64,000 nucleotides of DNA from Candidatus Kapaibacterium sp. (GCA_963665665.1 OY762428.1:4704001-4768000), one strand, 5' to 3'; numbered from the stretch's first letter, positions 10,572 through 21,491 are shown. Notes: generated by a model not told the origin, from the sequence alone. Numbers and translations are program-made.

Positions 10572-11027
10572 TTGATGGGAGGAGTTATGCCGGTCAAATT
10601 AAAAGTTATTCTTTTATCAATTTTTTTTGTATCGTTTTTATCATGCCATGAGGGTAAGAACAATCCTGTTCGTGGAACCCAGGTTGTAAGCCAAAAATTT
10701 TCTGCTAAAGTCAACGGCCAATACTGGAGTGCTACCGACAAACATGCTTTGCTTTTGAAAGATGGAACGGTAAATATTGTAGGAACTATGGATTTAATTT
10801 CTCTTGAAATAAAAATATCTGATGCCGAAGTTGGGAAGTTTGCAAATGTTTATTCTTCGATTCTGTTCATAAATCCTAAATACTTGTACGATTCAGAATT
10901 ATATGAAACTTATAGCGGGTATTGCAATATTACAAAATTGACCGACGACAGGGTTGAAGGAGATTTTAACTATTCATGCAGAGGTAATAATGTTTCGGAT
11001 GGAAAATTTGTGTTAGATTTGGAATAA
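10572..11027 (+). CDS. Lipoprotein, DUF6252-like
   Basis: Lipobox FLSC; FSAKVNG...ITKLTDDRVEGDF...VSDGKF; paralogous to the next gene. Confidence 0.6.
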   Translation: MMGGVMPVKLKVILLSIFFVSFLSCHEGKNNPVRGTQVVSQKFSAKVNGQYWSATDKHALLLKDGTVNIVGTMDLISLEIKISDAEVGKFANVYSSILFINPKYLYDSELYETYSGYCNITKLTDDRVEGDFNYSCRGNNVSDGKFVLDLE

Positions 11028-11074
11028 AGTAACGAGTACTTTTGAGTACTGTTTTTTAAATTTTTTAGGAGTTT

Positions 11075-11548
11075 ATGTTAATGCTTAGGAATTTGTTTCT
11101 TTTGATGATTTCGCTTACGGTAATGTTTTTCGTTTCATGCTCGGACGATGATGACAATGGTACAAACAATAATGATTTTCTGAATGGTACATTTAATGCC
11201 AAGATAAATGGCGATGATTTTTCGCCTACAACAGTTCTTGCATCCAAAGATCCGGACGGAACTGTTTCAATTAATGCATCAACATTAGACGGCGCTCTTG
11301 TAAACCTGGTAATGAGAGATGCAGCAGTTGGTGATTTCAATAATGGAATTGCAAACATTACAGTTCAGGATCCGGACAATTCTGAATCAGCAATAACTTA
11401 TTACGCAGAGTCAATGACTTATAAGATTACGAAATTAACAGATACAGAAGTTGCAGGTACTTTTAGTTTTACAGCAGCAGAAATTACAGGCAGCGGGGAA
11501 ACAATTGAAGTAAGCAATGGCAATTTTGATCTTAAATTCAATATGTAA
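11075..11548 (+). CDS. Lipoprotein, DUF6252-like
   Basis: Lipobox FVSC-SDDDD; FNAKING...ITKLTDTEVAGTFSF...VSNGNF. Confidence 0.65.
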   Translation: MLMLRNLFLLMISLTVMFFVSCSDDDDNGTNNNDFLNGTFNAKINGDDFSPTTVLASKDPDGTVSINASTLDGALVNLVMRDAAVGDFNNGIANITVQDPDNSESAITYYAESMTYKITKLTDTEVAGTFSFTAAEITGSGETIEVSNGNFDLKFNM

Positions 11549-11569
11549 ATATTTTTTATATGAGAATAG

Positions 11570-11595
11570 AAGCGGCTCTTTTGGGTCGCTTTTTT
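11570..11595 (+). terminator. Intrinsic terminator
   Basis: AAGCGGCTC-TTTT-GGGTCGCTT hairpin followed by a T-tract, after the lipoprotein pair. Confidence 0.7.
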
Positions 11596-12026
11596 ATTTA
11601 TAATAAATAGTATATCCTATGTGTTTTTGTGTTATAAAATGATCACTCTTGAGGAATAAAATTTCAAATCATCTACCTGATTATTTTAAGAGCTTTCAAT
11701 TGTAATTCTTTCTATTTATGTATTTTGATGCTGCTATTAACTCCATACATATTGCTTCTCTTCCTGCTTCTCTCCATACTTTTTGGCGGGAAAAAATACT
11801 ATATTGGTTTCATTTCTCCTGTAGCTTGCGTATATTAGAGGAAAGGGAATAACTTACGGGGAGCTTGATGGACGGCAGAAACAAAAATTTCCCTCGAGTG
11901 GTGGCCGAAGGGCGGGGTGGATCGGGGCAGGCAGGGGTGAAAAAGAACGGGAAACAAAATCAGATTTGAAGAGACGAGAGCTATTTTTATGGAATGATTA
12001 CAGTTTTCTAAAGGATTCGAAATTAG

Positions 12027-13163
12027 ATGGATTTAGAATACAAAAACGATGATACACTATTGCAGGAAATCCTGCAAATTGTCAAATCTGCAAGAGCATA
12101 TTCGTTAAAAGCAGTAAACCATGCTATGGTTCAGGCATACTGGAATATTGGCAAACTGATATTTGAAAATGAGCAGAAAAGCCAAAAGCGTTCTGAATAC
12201 GGGAAGCACCTGATAGAAAATCTTTCACTCCGTCTGACTGAAGAACTTGGAAAAGGATTCACTTCTGCCAATTTGAAATATATGAGGCAATTTTATATGA
12301 CTTTTCCTATTAGCCACGCAACGGGTGGCCAATTGCCCGGTCTGGAAATAAGTCACGCACTGAGTGACCAATTGCAAAATTCTGCTAATCAGATTGAAAA
12401 CACAGCTTTTATGATAAATCCAATTCTCCGCCCTGAAATTTCCTGGACTCATTACAGACTGTTGCTGAAATTGGACAAAAAGGAAGCACGAGATTTTTAT
12501 ATTGATGAGATAATAGAGAATAACTGGTCAACCAGGCAGCTCGAACGACAGATAAATACGCATTATTTTGAGAGAATTATTTCAAGCCGGGACTCAAGGC
12601 CTGTAAGGGACGAAGCAAATTCCAATCAGCCGGCAAACACAGCAAAAGACTTTGTCAAAGACCCGTATATTCTCGAATTTTTAGATATGAATTCAGGTGT
12701 CAATTTCCTTGAAAAAGATCTGGAAACAGCCCTGATAAATAAGATAAGGGAGTTTTTGCTGGAACTTGGAAAAGGGTTTGCTTTTGTTGACAGGCATAAA
12801 AGAATAAAAGTAGAAGACGATCATTTTTATATCGACCTTGTTTTTTATAATTATATTCTGAAATGCTTTATTTTGATCGATCTGAAAGTTGGCAAATTGA
12901 CACATCAGGATATTGGGCAAATGGATATGTATGTCAGGTTGTATGAAGACTTTGAAAAACTGCCCGGTGACAATCCGACAATAGGGATTATTCTCTGTAG
13001 TGAAAAAAATATGACTGTTGCCAAATATTCTGTTCTGAGCGAAAACGAAAATTTGTTTGCATCAAAATATTTACTGCATTTACCCAGCATAGAGGAACTA
13101 ACCCGGGAGTTGAAAAATGAAAGAGAAAAATTAGAGATTGAGGAATCATTGGGAAACAGGTAA
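12027..13163 (+). CDS. DUF1016/YhcG-family PD-(D/E)XK nuclease domain protein
   Basis: [48 protein letters not shown]...[21 protein letters not shown]. Confidence 0.9.
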   Translation: MDLEYKNDDTLLQEILQIVKSARAYSLKAVNHAMVQAYWNIGKLIFENEQKSQKRSEYGKHLIENLSLRLTEELGKGFTSANLKYMRQFYMTFPISHATGGQLPGLEISHALSDQLQNSANQIENTAFMINPILRPEISWTHYRLLLKLDKKEARDFYIDEIIENNWSTRQLERQINTHYFERIISSRDSRPVRDEANSNQPANTAKDFVKDPYILEFLDMNSGVNFLEKDLETALINKIREFLLELGKGFAFVDRHKRIKVEDDHFYIDLVFYNYILKCFILIDLKVGKLTHQDIGQMDMYVRLYEDFEKLPGDNPTIGIILCSEKNMTVAKYSVLSENENLFASKYLLHLPSIEELTRELKNEREKLEIEESLGNR

Positions 13164-13177
13164 TAAGCGGCTGGAAT

Positions 13178-13548
13178 TTTCCCGGTATGCTGCAGTCCGG
13201 CGGGCATTGGAATTCAAGCGTCTACCGCTACGGCTTTAACGGGCAGGAAATGGATAATGAAATGAAGGGAGAAGGGAACAGCTACGATTTCGGGGCAATG
13301 AAGTTGATGCTATTAATTTTGAAAATGAAGTAAGAACAAAGTTGAATGATGAATTATGATATTTTTATAATACAGAGGAGAATGTGTGTTTTTTCATTCC
13401 ACCATATTTATTAAATTATATTATTCCGAATTATTCATATTGGACTGGTAGTCAGTTTTCAGTTAATAAGGGAAAAGACAATATTTCAGATAAAACCCGT
13501 GTATCAAATGAAACGCATATACCGATTGAAAAGGAGGATTCAGAATGA
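13178..13548 (+). pseudogene. RHS-core fragment joined to a decayed toxin C-terminal tip
   Basis: Translation [40 protein letters not shown] (RHS core); then in another frame [23 protein letters not shown]...EKEDSE* whose stop overlaps the next ATG (ATGA). Confidence 0.8.
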
Positions 13549-14102
13549 AAAATATTAAAATGGCAATTTTATTTGTATTTATTACATACATATCTTTATC
13601 CTCAAAGATTTATGAAAGTTATGAAAAATATCTTTGCAGTGACGATTATATACATTACAAAATTACCCGTGAAGGGAAATGTTATCATGGAGTAGCATAT
13701 TTAAGTAAGATTAATTATTTTCTTGAAGAAAATGGAATAGATTTTAAACAAGCAGATTTATCCAATATTGATAGTATTCTAACTGCAATTGATGGAAAAG
13801 AAAAAATTAAATTTCTTGGGTTTAAACTATGCAATAAAGAATTAGAAATGAGACTCATTAAAGAATTTCATTCATCAAAGTGGAAATTCTTTAATAAATA
13901 TTTGGTTAAGAAGGCTAATGCAATGTGGTGGTTTAAGGATGAAGTTATTGGAGAATTATTATACTATATAACAGATATTTTAATTAAAAATAATTACTAT
14001 GTAACGAGGGATTGCCTTGGATTATATGGAGCATCTGTCACCAGATTTACAGCAAGAAAAGAAAAAAAAGATATTTTACGTGAGTTGAATGATAAAAGGT
14101 AA
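13545..14102 (+). CDS. Secreted hypothetical protein, putative immunity protein
   Basis: Signal peptide; coupled to the toxin-tip remnant; shares GxCYHG...SSKxxFFNxY...ILxxNNY with 14272-14787. Confidence 0.6.
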   Translation: MKNIKMAILFVFITYISLSSKIYESYEKYLCSDDYIHYKITREGKCYHGVAYLSKINYFLEENGIDFKQADLSNIDSILTAIDGKEKIKFLGFKLCNKELEMRLIKEFHSSKWKFFNKYLVKKANAMWWFKDEVIGELLYYITDILIKNNYYVTRDCLGLYGASVTRFTARKEKKDILRELNDKR

Positions 14103-14275
14103 TGAACAAGGTAATAGAAAAAAGAAAAGTACTGATGAATCCACTAAAAGGTGTTAATGTTTTAAATATTCCGTCTGGCACAAAAACAGGTAATAAACCG
14201 GATGATTTAGTTCCTGCTGATGAAACAAGTAGAACAGTACCAGCACCAAATAATGAAATGGAGGAACCAAATTGA
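14102..14275 (+). pseudogene. 57-aa ORF, probable second toxin-tip remnant
   Basis: MNKVIEKRK...PNNEMEEPN*; overlaps the upstream stop (TAATG) and the downstream TTG start (TTGA). Confidence 0.4.
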
Positions 14276-14787
14276 AAATACTATTAAAAATACTAGCCTT
14301 ATTTTTTTTATTTATAGCTATTGAAGCTCAGGAATATGATGATAATTCGAGAAATTATAATCGCCATAGAATTTTCTATTTTGAAAAATTTGTTGATGGA
14401 CTATGTTATCATGGATTAATTGATTATGAAAGCCTTGTTATAATTTCAAATTCGATTGATACTAATATTTCAGGGGCAGATATAATTAAATCAATTGAAA
14501 ATGACGACCATATATTATCCAACACTATGGCCAATATCGATATTTTTAAATATCCCGACTTTCTTGCCTATAGAGTCTGTGATCCGTTAGTTGAAGATAA
14601 AATGGATTCGTTATTTTCAAGTTCAAAGAAAGAATTTTTCAATGAATATTTTACAACTTATAGAAATAATAAATATCTTGTTTCAAAAGGTCGAGATGAA
14701 TATTGTTACCTGATAAAAATACTAACCGAGAATAATTATATGGTTTTTATGAGTTCCGATAACGGATCTTATATTGAAAAGAGATGA
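14272..14787 (+). CDS. Secreted hypothetical protein, putative immunity protein (paralog of 13545-14102)
   Basis: Signal peptide, GGAGG RBS; GLCYHG, SSKKEFFNEY and KILTENNY match the upstream paralog. Confidence 0.6.
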   Translation: MKILLKILALFFLFIAIEAQEYDDNSRNYNRHRIFYFEKFVDGLCYHGLIDYESLVIISNSIDTNISGADIIKSIENDDHILSNTMANIDIFKYPDFLAYRVCDPLVEDKMDSLFSSSKKEFFNEYFTTYRNNKYLVSKGRDEYCYLIKILTENNYMVFMSSDNGSYIEKR

Positions 14788-15003
14788 TATTGACCACTAA
14801 ATCTACACATTACATCCCCCCGCCAACCTTCCTTTTCCATATATCCTGAAAATTTCTTATCTTTAATGTTCTGATTACAGGCATTCGGGTATATTGCCCG
14901 GCAACATTTTTGGGTTTAATTCGTAATTATAGTGCCTGTAAAATTACGGGCATTTGTCGTTATTATATTGTCAATTTTTACCGAATATTTATTGGAGCTG
15001 AAA

Positions 15004-15990
15004 ATGGCAGATATTAAAGAGATCAACGAAAGAATTCAAAAGGAAAGCGCGTTTGTTGATATGCTGACAATGGAAATGAGCAAGGTCATTGTCGGGCAGA
15101 AATATATGGTGGACAGGCTGCTCATTGCGCTGCTGTCAAATGGCCACATCCTGCTTGAAGGTGTTCCGGGCCTTGCCAAGACCCTTGCTATAAGTACTTT
15201 GTCTGATGCAATCGATGCAAAATTCAGCAGGGTACAGTTCACACCGGACCTGTTGCCTGCCGACCTTACCGGCACGATGATATACAACCAGAGCAAACAG
15301 GAATTTTACGTCCGCAAGGGCCCGCTTTTTGCAAACCTTGTTCTGGCCGACGAAATCAACCGCGCCCCCGCCAAAGTACAGAGCGCCCTGCTAGAAGCCA
15401 TGCAGGAACGCCAGGTAACTATCGGCGACAGCACTTTCAAAATGGATGAGCCCTTCCTTGTAATGGCTACGCAGAATCCTATTGAGCAGGAAGGAACATA
15501 TCCCCTTCCCGAAGCGCAGGTGGACCGCTTCATGATGAAAGTTGTTATCACTTATCCCAACAAGGAAGAAGAAACAAGTATTCTCAGGAACAATATTTCA
15601 AGGGAATTCCCAAAAGCGGAAAAAATTCTAAAACCTGCGGATATCATTAGCGCACGCGATGTTGTAAAGGATGTTTACATGGACGAGAAAATTGAGAAAT
15701 ACATTCTTGATATCATATTTGCAACACGCCAGCCGGAAGAATACAAACTCGATAAACTAAGCCAGCTAATTTCCTTCGGGGCATCGCCCAGGGGTACTAT
15801 TAATATGGCTCTGGCAGCTAAAGCCTATGCATTTATCAAGCGCAGGGGCTATGTAATTCCCGAGGATATCAGGGCTGTTGTTCCGGATGTATTGCGCCAT
15901 CGTATCGGCGTTACTTATGAAGCCGAAGCTGAGAATATCACAAGCGAAGATATTATTAACGAGATAGTTAATTCTATTGAAGTTCCGTAA
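15004..15990 (+). CDS. moxR: MoxR-family AAA+ ATPase
   Basis: HILLEGVPGLAKT, RVQFTPDLLPADLTG, LADEINRAPAKVQSALLEAM, ATQNPIEQEGTYPLPEAQ; start set at ATG 15004 after GGAG. Confidence 0.93.
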   Translation: MADIKEINERIQKESAFVDMLTMEMSKVIVGQKYMVDRLLIALLSNGHILLEGVPGLAKTLAISTLSDAIDAKFSRVQFTPDLLPADLTGTMIYNQSKQEFYVRKGPLFANLVLADEINRAPAKVQSALLEAMQERQVTIGDSTFKMDEPFLVMATQNPIEQEGTYPLPEAQVDRFMMKVVITYPNKEEETSILRNNISREFPKAEKILKPADIISARDVVKDVYMDEKIEKYILDIIFATRQPEEYKLDKLSQLISFGASPRGTINMALAAKAYAFIKRRGYVIPEDIRAVVPDVLRHRIGVTYEAEAENITSEDIINEIVNSIEVP

Positions 15991-16069
15991 TCCGGGCATT
16001 TAACAGTTGTTTTGTAAAATGACAAAATATGTGAAGCTGAATATGCAGTTAGAAACGATAAATATTGTG

Positions 16070-16140
16070 ACCCCTCCCAACCCTCCCCTAAGGGGAGGGC
16101 AAGAAATTTCAAGCTCCTCCTTAGGAGGGGTTGGTGAGGT
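16070..16140. repeat. REP-like nested palindromic element
   Basis: CCCCTCCCAACCCTCCCC-TAA-GGGGAGGG...CTCCTCCTTAGGAGGGGTTGGTGAGGT; outer and inner inverted repeats, intergenic. Confidence 0.65.
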
Positions 16141-16213
16141 CAGTTTTTCGGAAAGCATATTCGTTTCCTTCATGATTATTCATTTGCAGTTGTAAAATGA
16201 CCAGGAAATTGAA

Positions 16214-17089
16214 ATGGATACTTTAGAATTAATAAAAAAAGTCAGAAAGATAGAGATTAAAACCCGCGGGCTGTCGAACCAGATATTTTCAGGCGAGTAC
16301 CACAGCGCGTTCAAGGGTCGCGGTATGGCTTTCAGCGAGGTACGGGAGTACCAGCCGGGCGACGATATCCGGACGATTGACTGGAACGTTACAGCCAGGC
16401 TGAACCATCCTTATATAAAAGTATTCCAGGAGGAAAGGGAACTGACCGTGATGCTGCTCGTGGACGTGAGCGCATCGGGGAGTTTCGGTACTTCCGGAAT
16501 GTTCAAGAAAGAACTTATCACTGAGCTTTGCGCTGTTATTGCTTTTTCAGCTATTCAGAATAATGATAATATCGGGGTGATATTTTTCAGCGATAAGATA
16601 GAGAAATTCATCCCCCCGAAAAAAGGGAAATCACATATTCTGAGGATTATCAGGGAGCTGATAGAGTTCAAACCGGAGAACAAGGGTACGAATATAGAGG
16701 AAGCTCTCAGGTATTTCAATAATGTTATCAAAAAGCGCAGTATTGCTTTTATTTTGTCTGATTTTATTAGCCCGGATTTTGAAAATGCCCTGAAAATTGT
16801 TGGCCGGAAGCATGACACTATTGCCATGCATATTTACGACCACAGGGAATCGGAAATCCCTAAACTCGGAATGATAAAAATGAAGGACCCTGAAACCGGA
16901 AAGGAATTCTGGGCTGACACCAGCAGCAGAAAACTCAGGGAAAACTATAGAAATCACTGGCAAAACAGGATAGATGAACTTGAAGAAATTCTTATGAAAA
17001 ACAAAGTGGATAAGGTAAGGATCAGGACAGATGAATCCTATATTGCACCGCTGAAGGCATTCTTCAAGATGAGAGGTAAAAGAAAATAA
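16214..17089 (+). CDS. DUF58 domain protein (MoxR-associated, VWA-like)
   Basis: GEYHSAFKGRGMAFSEVREYQPGDDIRTIDWNVTAR, DVSAS, ILSDF. Confidence 0.92.
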   Translation: MDTLELIKKVRKIEIKTRGLSNQIFSGEYHSAFKGRGMAFSEVREYQPGDDIRTIDWNVTARLNHPYIKVFQEERELTVMLLVDVSASGSFGTSGMFKKELITELCAVIAFSAIQNNDNIGVIFFSDKIEKFIPPKKGKSHILRIIRELIEFKPENKGTNIEEALRYFNNVIKKRSIAFILSDFISPDFENALKIVGRKHDTIAMHIYDHRESEIPKLGMIKMKDPETGKEFWADTSSRKLRENYRNHWQNRIDELEEILMKNKVDKVRIRTDESYIAPLKAFFKMRGKRK

Positions 17090-17111
17090 TTTATTATCAG
17101 GGGCCGAAATA

Positions 17112-20100
17112 ATGAAAAACCGAATCATACCATTCTTATCAGCAGCATTAATGCTTGCTGTGGCGTATTTTATAACAGATGGAATTAATCAGCCTGTAGC
17201 TGTTGATACGGGGGCAGCCCCTGAGACGAATGCCCACGGAAGGATACAGTCCGAACTGAAAAGGATGAGGAATCCCCGTACAGGTATTATTCCAATGGAT
17301 ATCAGGTCAAAGGAAATGAAATTCGCGATGTCGCTTCCGGGTTCTCCTGATAGAATGAAAAAAGGCCTTGACAGGCCAAATTCAATTAACTGGAAACAAA
17401 GAGGTCCGTATTACACTGGCGGCAGAACAAGAGCATTTGAAATGGATGTCCGGAATGAAAACATTCTTCTTGCAGGCGGGGTGTCCGGCGGTATGTGGAT
17501 ATCAACTGATGCCGGAACGAGCTGGACAAAAACCACCAGGCCGGAGCAGTTACATTCTGTTTCCTGTATTGCACAGGATACGCGTCAGGGCAAACAGGAT
17601 ACCTGGTATGTCGGAACAGGTGAATTCTGGGGAAACTCAGCCCGAATTTACGGCGACGGTATTTTCAAATCCGTCGATAACGGACGTTCCTGGGAACTTC
17701 TCCCGTCAACATCAACGGATAGGCCGCAGAGCTACGATAATGATTTTGAATTTGTATGGAACATTGTTACAAACCCCGCAGCACCCGATTCTGTGGACGA
17801 AGTATATGCCGCTACTGCTTTCGGAGCTATCAGGCGTTCATCCGACGGTGGAGAAACATGGGAAACCATGCTTGGCGGCTATGGTAATTACTATTCTTTA
17901 TTCACTGATATAGCTGTTACTTCTGACGGTGTTTTTTATGCATCGCTCAGTGCTATGTGTTTCAGGGGAGATTCATCTCTAACAAAGGGAATCTTCAGGT
18001 CTGAAGACGGTTTGAACTGGGTTGATATCAGCCCGGAATTCATGCCCGAAAGTTATAAAAGGATTGTTATTGCTGTTGCTCCGTCCGATGAAAAACAAGT
18101 TTATTTCATTGCGGAAACACCCGGAACCGGAAAATGGACAACCAACTCACAGCATAGTGACCTTTGGCACAGCTTCTGGAAATATACCTATATTTCAGGA
18201 GACGGAACCGGCGAGGGCGGAATATGGGAAGACCGTTCCGAAAACCTGCCCTGCCCTGATACTGTTCGCTGGCAGATGAACTCGCAGACTTCGTACAACC
18301 TGGTGATGGAAGTGAAACCTGATGATCCTGATTTTGTTATCTTTGGCGGAACAAATCTGTACCGTACCACGAACGGACTAACCACTCCGGACAACTGGAC
18401 GCTGATTGGCGGCACATGCCCCGATCCTGATGCTGAATGTTATTATCGCTATCGTTATCCGAATCACCACTCAGATCAGCATGCAATTTTCTTCCTGCCG
18501 TCCGATAATAATGTTATGTTTACGGGTAATGACGGAGGATGCCAGAGGACAGATGATATCACTGCCGACAGGGTGGAGTGGATTCCTCTGAACAACGGAT
18601 ATTATACAACTCAGTTCTATGCAATTGCTGTTGACCATGCTACAGAAGGATCCAAACTTCTTCTCGGAGGACTTCAGGACAACGGAACATTACTGAATAC
18701 AACAGATGAATTGAAAAGAGTATGGAATGATCCTTCACGTGGCGACGGCCTTACATGCCTTGTTGCTGACGGCGGACAGATCATATATACATCCCAGAAT
18801 TACGGTTCAAGGCCTGTTGGCGTCAGGATGGACAGATCCGTTATTGACGGCGAGGGCAATACAATGATAAAAACAAGAATTGATCCTGCCGGGGGTAAAG
18901 ATTTTATCTGGAATCATCCCTTTGTTCTTGATCCTAATGATGATGCGATTATGTATGTTGGTGGGGGGCAGATTGTCTGGAGAAATAGTAATCTTGACGA
19001 AATACCTTTTCAGGCATCATCGGATTCAACTTCAATCAACTGGGACAGCTTGTCGTATACACGTGTAAATGCAAGTATGCCACTGGTAACTTTTGATTCT
19101 GAGATAACAGCTCTTGATGTTTCGAAAACTCCGGCTAATATTGTTTATTACGGAACCGATATGGGAGAGCTTTTCAGGATTGATAATGCACACGAAGGTA
19201 ATCCCGAGCCGATAAAAATTACATCTGAAGATTTCCCGAATAAAGGATATATAAACAATATTACCGTAGACCCGGAAGATGGAAATAAGGCAATTGTAGT
19301 ATTTTCAAGTTACGGCGAGCAAAGCCTGTTTTACACAACAGATAAGGGTGAAAATTGGGAAGCTGTTTCTGGAAACCTTGAAGAGTATCCCAATGGAACA
19401 GGAAACGGCCCTGCATGTTTCTGGGCTGAGATACTGAATGTCGGCGGAAAGAAAGTTTATCTTGTTGGTACATCAACAGGCCTGTATTCAACGGCTTATC
19501 TTGATGGATTCTATACTGTCTGGAAGCAGGAAGGAACTGAAGAAATCGGCAACATGGTTGTCCGTATGATCGACGCCCGACACAGTGATAATTATGTTGT
19601 TATTGGTACTCACGGTGCAGGAGTGTTTGAAACATTTTATTATGAAACTCCTGTTGCCCCGGCTGCCCCGCAGCTTATGTCACCTGCAAACCAGGAAGAA
19701 GGAATTCTTGAATATGCCGAACTAAAATGGTCATCTGTTCCTGATGCTGTTTTTTACGATCTTGAAGTTGCAAGCGATCCGGATTTCAACAATATTGTTT
19801 ATATAGCTACAGGACTAAAAGAGACAAAAAGAAATGTTGGCGACCTGGTTCAGGGAATGGTTAAATATTACTGGCGTGTTCGTGCAAAAGGTTCCGGCGG
19901 GATCAGCCTGAATTCAGATGTATTCGAATTTTCAACGGCAGTGCTGGCGCCTGAATTGCTACTTCCGGAAGACAAGGCTGACAGCCTGGAAACAAGCGTG
20001 GAACTGAAATGGGCGGAATCCGAAGGGGCGGACTCATACAGAATACAGGTTTCGGACAGGCCTGTATTTACTGATCCGATTGTGGACACAGTGGTTTCTT

Positions 20101-20510
20101 CAACCAGTGTTTTCCTGGCAGATCTTCCCGACGGAAAGAAAATTCGCTGGAAAGTTGCCGGTATCAGAAACGGCAAAGAGGGCCTTTTCTCATCCTCATT
20201 CAGTTTCAAAACAAAAGAAATTGTTTCCGTAGATGATATTCATAGTAGTTTTGTTATTGATCCTGTAATCTATCCAAATCCCGTAAAAGATAACTTCAGC
20301 CTTAAGTTCAGGTCGGAATATCCCGGAACGGTAATGACTGACATTGTTGATATTAATGGCAGGATAATGACAGGAAAAATTAGGAAGAATATTATAAGCG
20401 GAAATAACATGTTTGATTTTAAAACTGTTAATTTTGCAAACGGGAAGTATTTCTTAAGAATATGGATTAACGGAGATAAGAAAATTATCCCCTTTGTTAT
20501 TGAAAAATAG
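17112..20510 (+). CDS. Large secreted VPS10/BNR beta-propeller (glycosyl hydrolase-like) with FN3-like repeats and T9SS CTD
   Basis: WKQRGP..GGRTRA, SGGMWISTDAGTSW, HSDQH, GNDGG, GGLQDNGT, THGAGVF, YYWRVRA, IYPNP. Confidence 0.8.
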   Translation: MKNRIIPFLSAALMLAVAYFITDGINQPVAVDTGAAPETNAHGRIQSELKRMRNPRTGIIPMDIRSKEMKFAMSLPGSPDRMKKGLDRPNSINWKQRGPYYTGGRTRAFEMDVRNENILLAGGVSGGMWISTDAGTSWTKTTRPEQLHSVSCIAQDTRQGKQDTWYVGTGEFWGNSARIYGDGIFKSVDNGRSWELLPSTSTDRPQSYDNDFEFVWNIVTNPAAPDSVDEVYAATAFGAIRRSSDGGETWETMLGGYGNYYSLFTDIAVTSDGVFYASLSAMCFRGDSSLTKGIFRSEDGLNWVDISPEFMPESYKRIVIAVAPSDEKQVYFIAETPGTGKWTTNSQHSDLWHSFWKYTYISGDGTGEGGIWEDRSENLPCPDTVRWQMNSQTSYNLVMEVKPDDPDFVIFGGTNLYRTTNGLTTPDNWTLIGGTCPDPDAECYYRYRYPNHHSDQHAIFFLPSDNNVMFTGNDGGCQRTDDITADRVEWIPLNNGYYTTQFYAIAVDHATEGSKLLLGGLQDNGTLLNTTDELKRVWNDPSRGDGLTCLVADGGQIIYTSQNYGSRPVGVRMDRSVIDGEGNTMIKTRIDPAGGKDFIWNHPFVLDPNDDAIMYVGGGQIVWRNSNLDEIPFQASSDSTSINWDSLSYTRVNASMPLVTFDSEITALDVSKTPANIVYYGTDMGELFRIDNAHEGNPEPIKITSEDFPNKGYINNITVDPEDGNKAIVVFSSYGEQSLFYTTDKGENWEAVSGNLEEYPNGTGNGPACFWAEILNVGGKKVYLVGTSTGLYSTAYLDGFYTVWKQEGTEEIGNMVVRMIDARHSDNYVVIGTHGAGVFETFYYETPVAPAAPQLMSPANQEEGILEYAELKWSSVPDAVFYDLEVASDPDFNNIVYIATGLKETKRNVGDLVQGMVKYYWRVRAKGSGGISLNSDVFEFSTAVLAPELLLPEDKADSLETSVELKWAESEGADSYRIQVSDRPVFTDPIVDTVVSSTSVFLADLPDGKKIRWKVAGIRNGKEGLFSSSFSFKTKEIVSVDDIHSSFVIDPVIYPNPVKDNFSLKFRSEYPGTVMTDIVDINGRIMTGKIRKNIISGNNMFDFKTVNFANGKYFLRIWINGDKKIIPFVIEK

Positions 20511-20537
20511 CATTGTAAAATAATTCAGAAAAGAGAA

Positions 20538-21491
20538 ATGAAAAAAGTATTAATAGCAATATTATTTATTATTATATCAATTAACTGTCTGCAGGCACAG
20601 GATGTAACAGCAGGCAGGGAAATTGATACGAACGACGTACTGCTTGGTGACTGGATAAATGTCAGCCTTTATGTAAAAAGTAAGCCGCCTGTTGATGTAG
20701 TTTGGCCGGCAATACCTGATTCACTTGGAGAGTTGGAAGTTATATCCCGCTCGAAGATCGATACTCAGATGGTTGAAGGCTCGAGAATACTCAAAGGAGT
20801 TATTACCGTAACGGCTTTTGATTCAGGACGGTATGAATTTCCTCAGGTTACATTCATGTATAAGCGGGAGGGATTCGATGAGCTGTTCTCAGCGAGCTCA
20901 GATCCGGTAGAATTGAATTTCACTGCTGTCAAAGTAGATACTACTCAACCTATCAGGGATATCAAAGGCCCAATGGAAGTTGAATTCTCAATCCTTGATT
21001 ATTTATGGGAAATTATTATAGCTTTTGCTGTGATCGGGCTGGGCGTTTTTCTGTGGTTCTTCTTTAAAAACCGGAAAAAGGAAAAACCTGAAGCTCTGGA
21101 TTATGATCCTAAAATTCCTCCACATATACTTGCACTTGAAGCATTGCGGCAGTTGAATGAGGAAAAACTATGGCAGCAGGACAAAGTAAAACTTTACCAC
21201 AGCAGGCTGACAGATATTGTCAGGGTTTATATTTTCAGGCGGTTTGGAATTGACGCGCCGGAGATGACAACGGCAGAAACAGTTCAGAACCTTTCCAGAC
21301 TCGTTGCTGCTGAACAGATAGAAAAAATTCGCGTGATGCTGGAACTTGCAGACCTTGTGAAATTCGCTAAGGTAAAGCCGCTGCCAAATGAAAATTCACT
21401 CAGCTATGATAGTGCTATTGAATTTGTCAGTGCAACCATTCCTGCTGAAAAAGAAAAAGAAGAGAATAACGGCGGAGGTGAAAATGTTTGA
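20538..21491 (+). CDS. Bat-cluster membrane protein (BatD/DUF4381-like)
   Basis: Signal peptide, TAFDSGRY, IRDIKGP, TM helix, PPHILALEAL, ADLVKFAK. Confidence 0.75.
   Translation: MKKVLIAILFIIISINCLQAQDVTAGREIDTNDVLLGDWINVSLYVKSKPPVDVVWPAIPDSLGELEVISRSKIDTQMVEGSRILKGVITVTAFDSGRYEFPQVTFMYKREGFDELFSASSDPVELNFTAVKVDTTQPIRDIKGPMEVEFSILDYLWEIIIAFAVIGLGVFLWFFFKNRKKEKPEALDYDPKIPPHILALEALRQLNEEKLWQQDKVKLYHSRLTDIVRVYIFRRFGIDAPEMTTAETVQNLSRLVAAEQIEKIRVMLELADLVKFAKVKPLPNENSLSYDSAIEFVSATIPAEKEKEENNGGGENV

Noticed and set aside
11891-11940. G-rich CCGAAGGGCGGGG stretch resembling the cassette hairpin
   Set aside because: It lacks the 25-bp core and the full stem; more likely a degenerate REP fragment.
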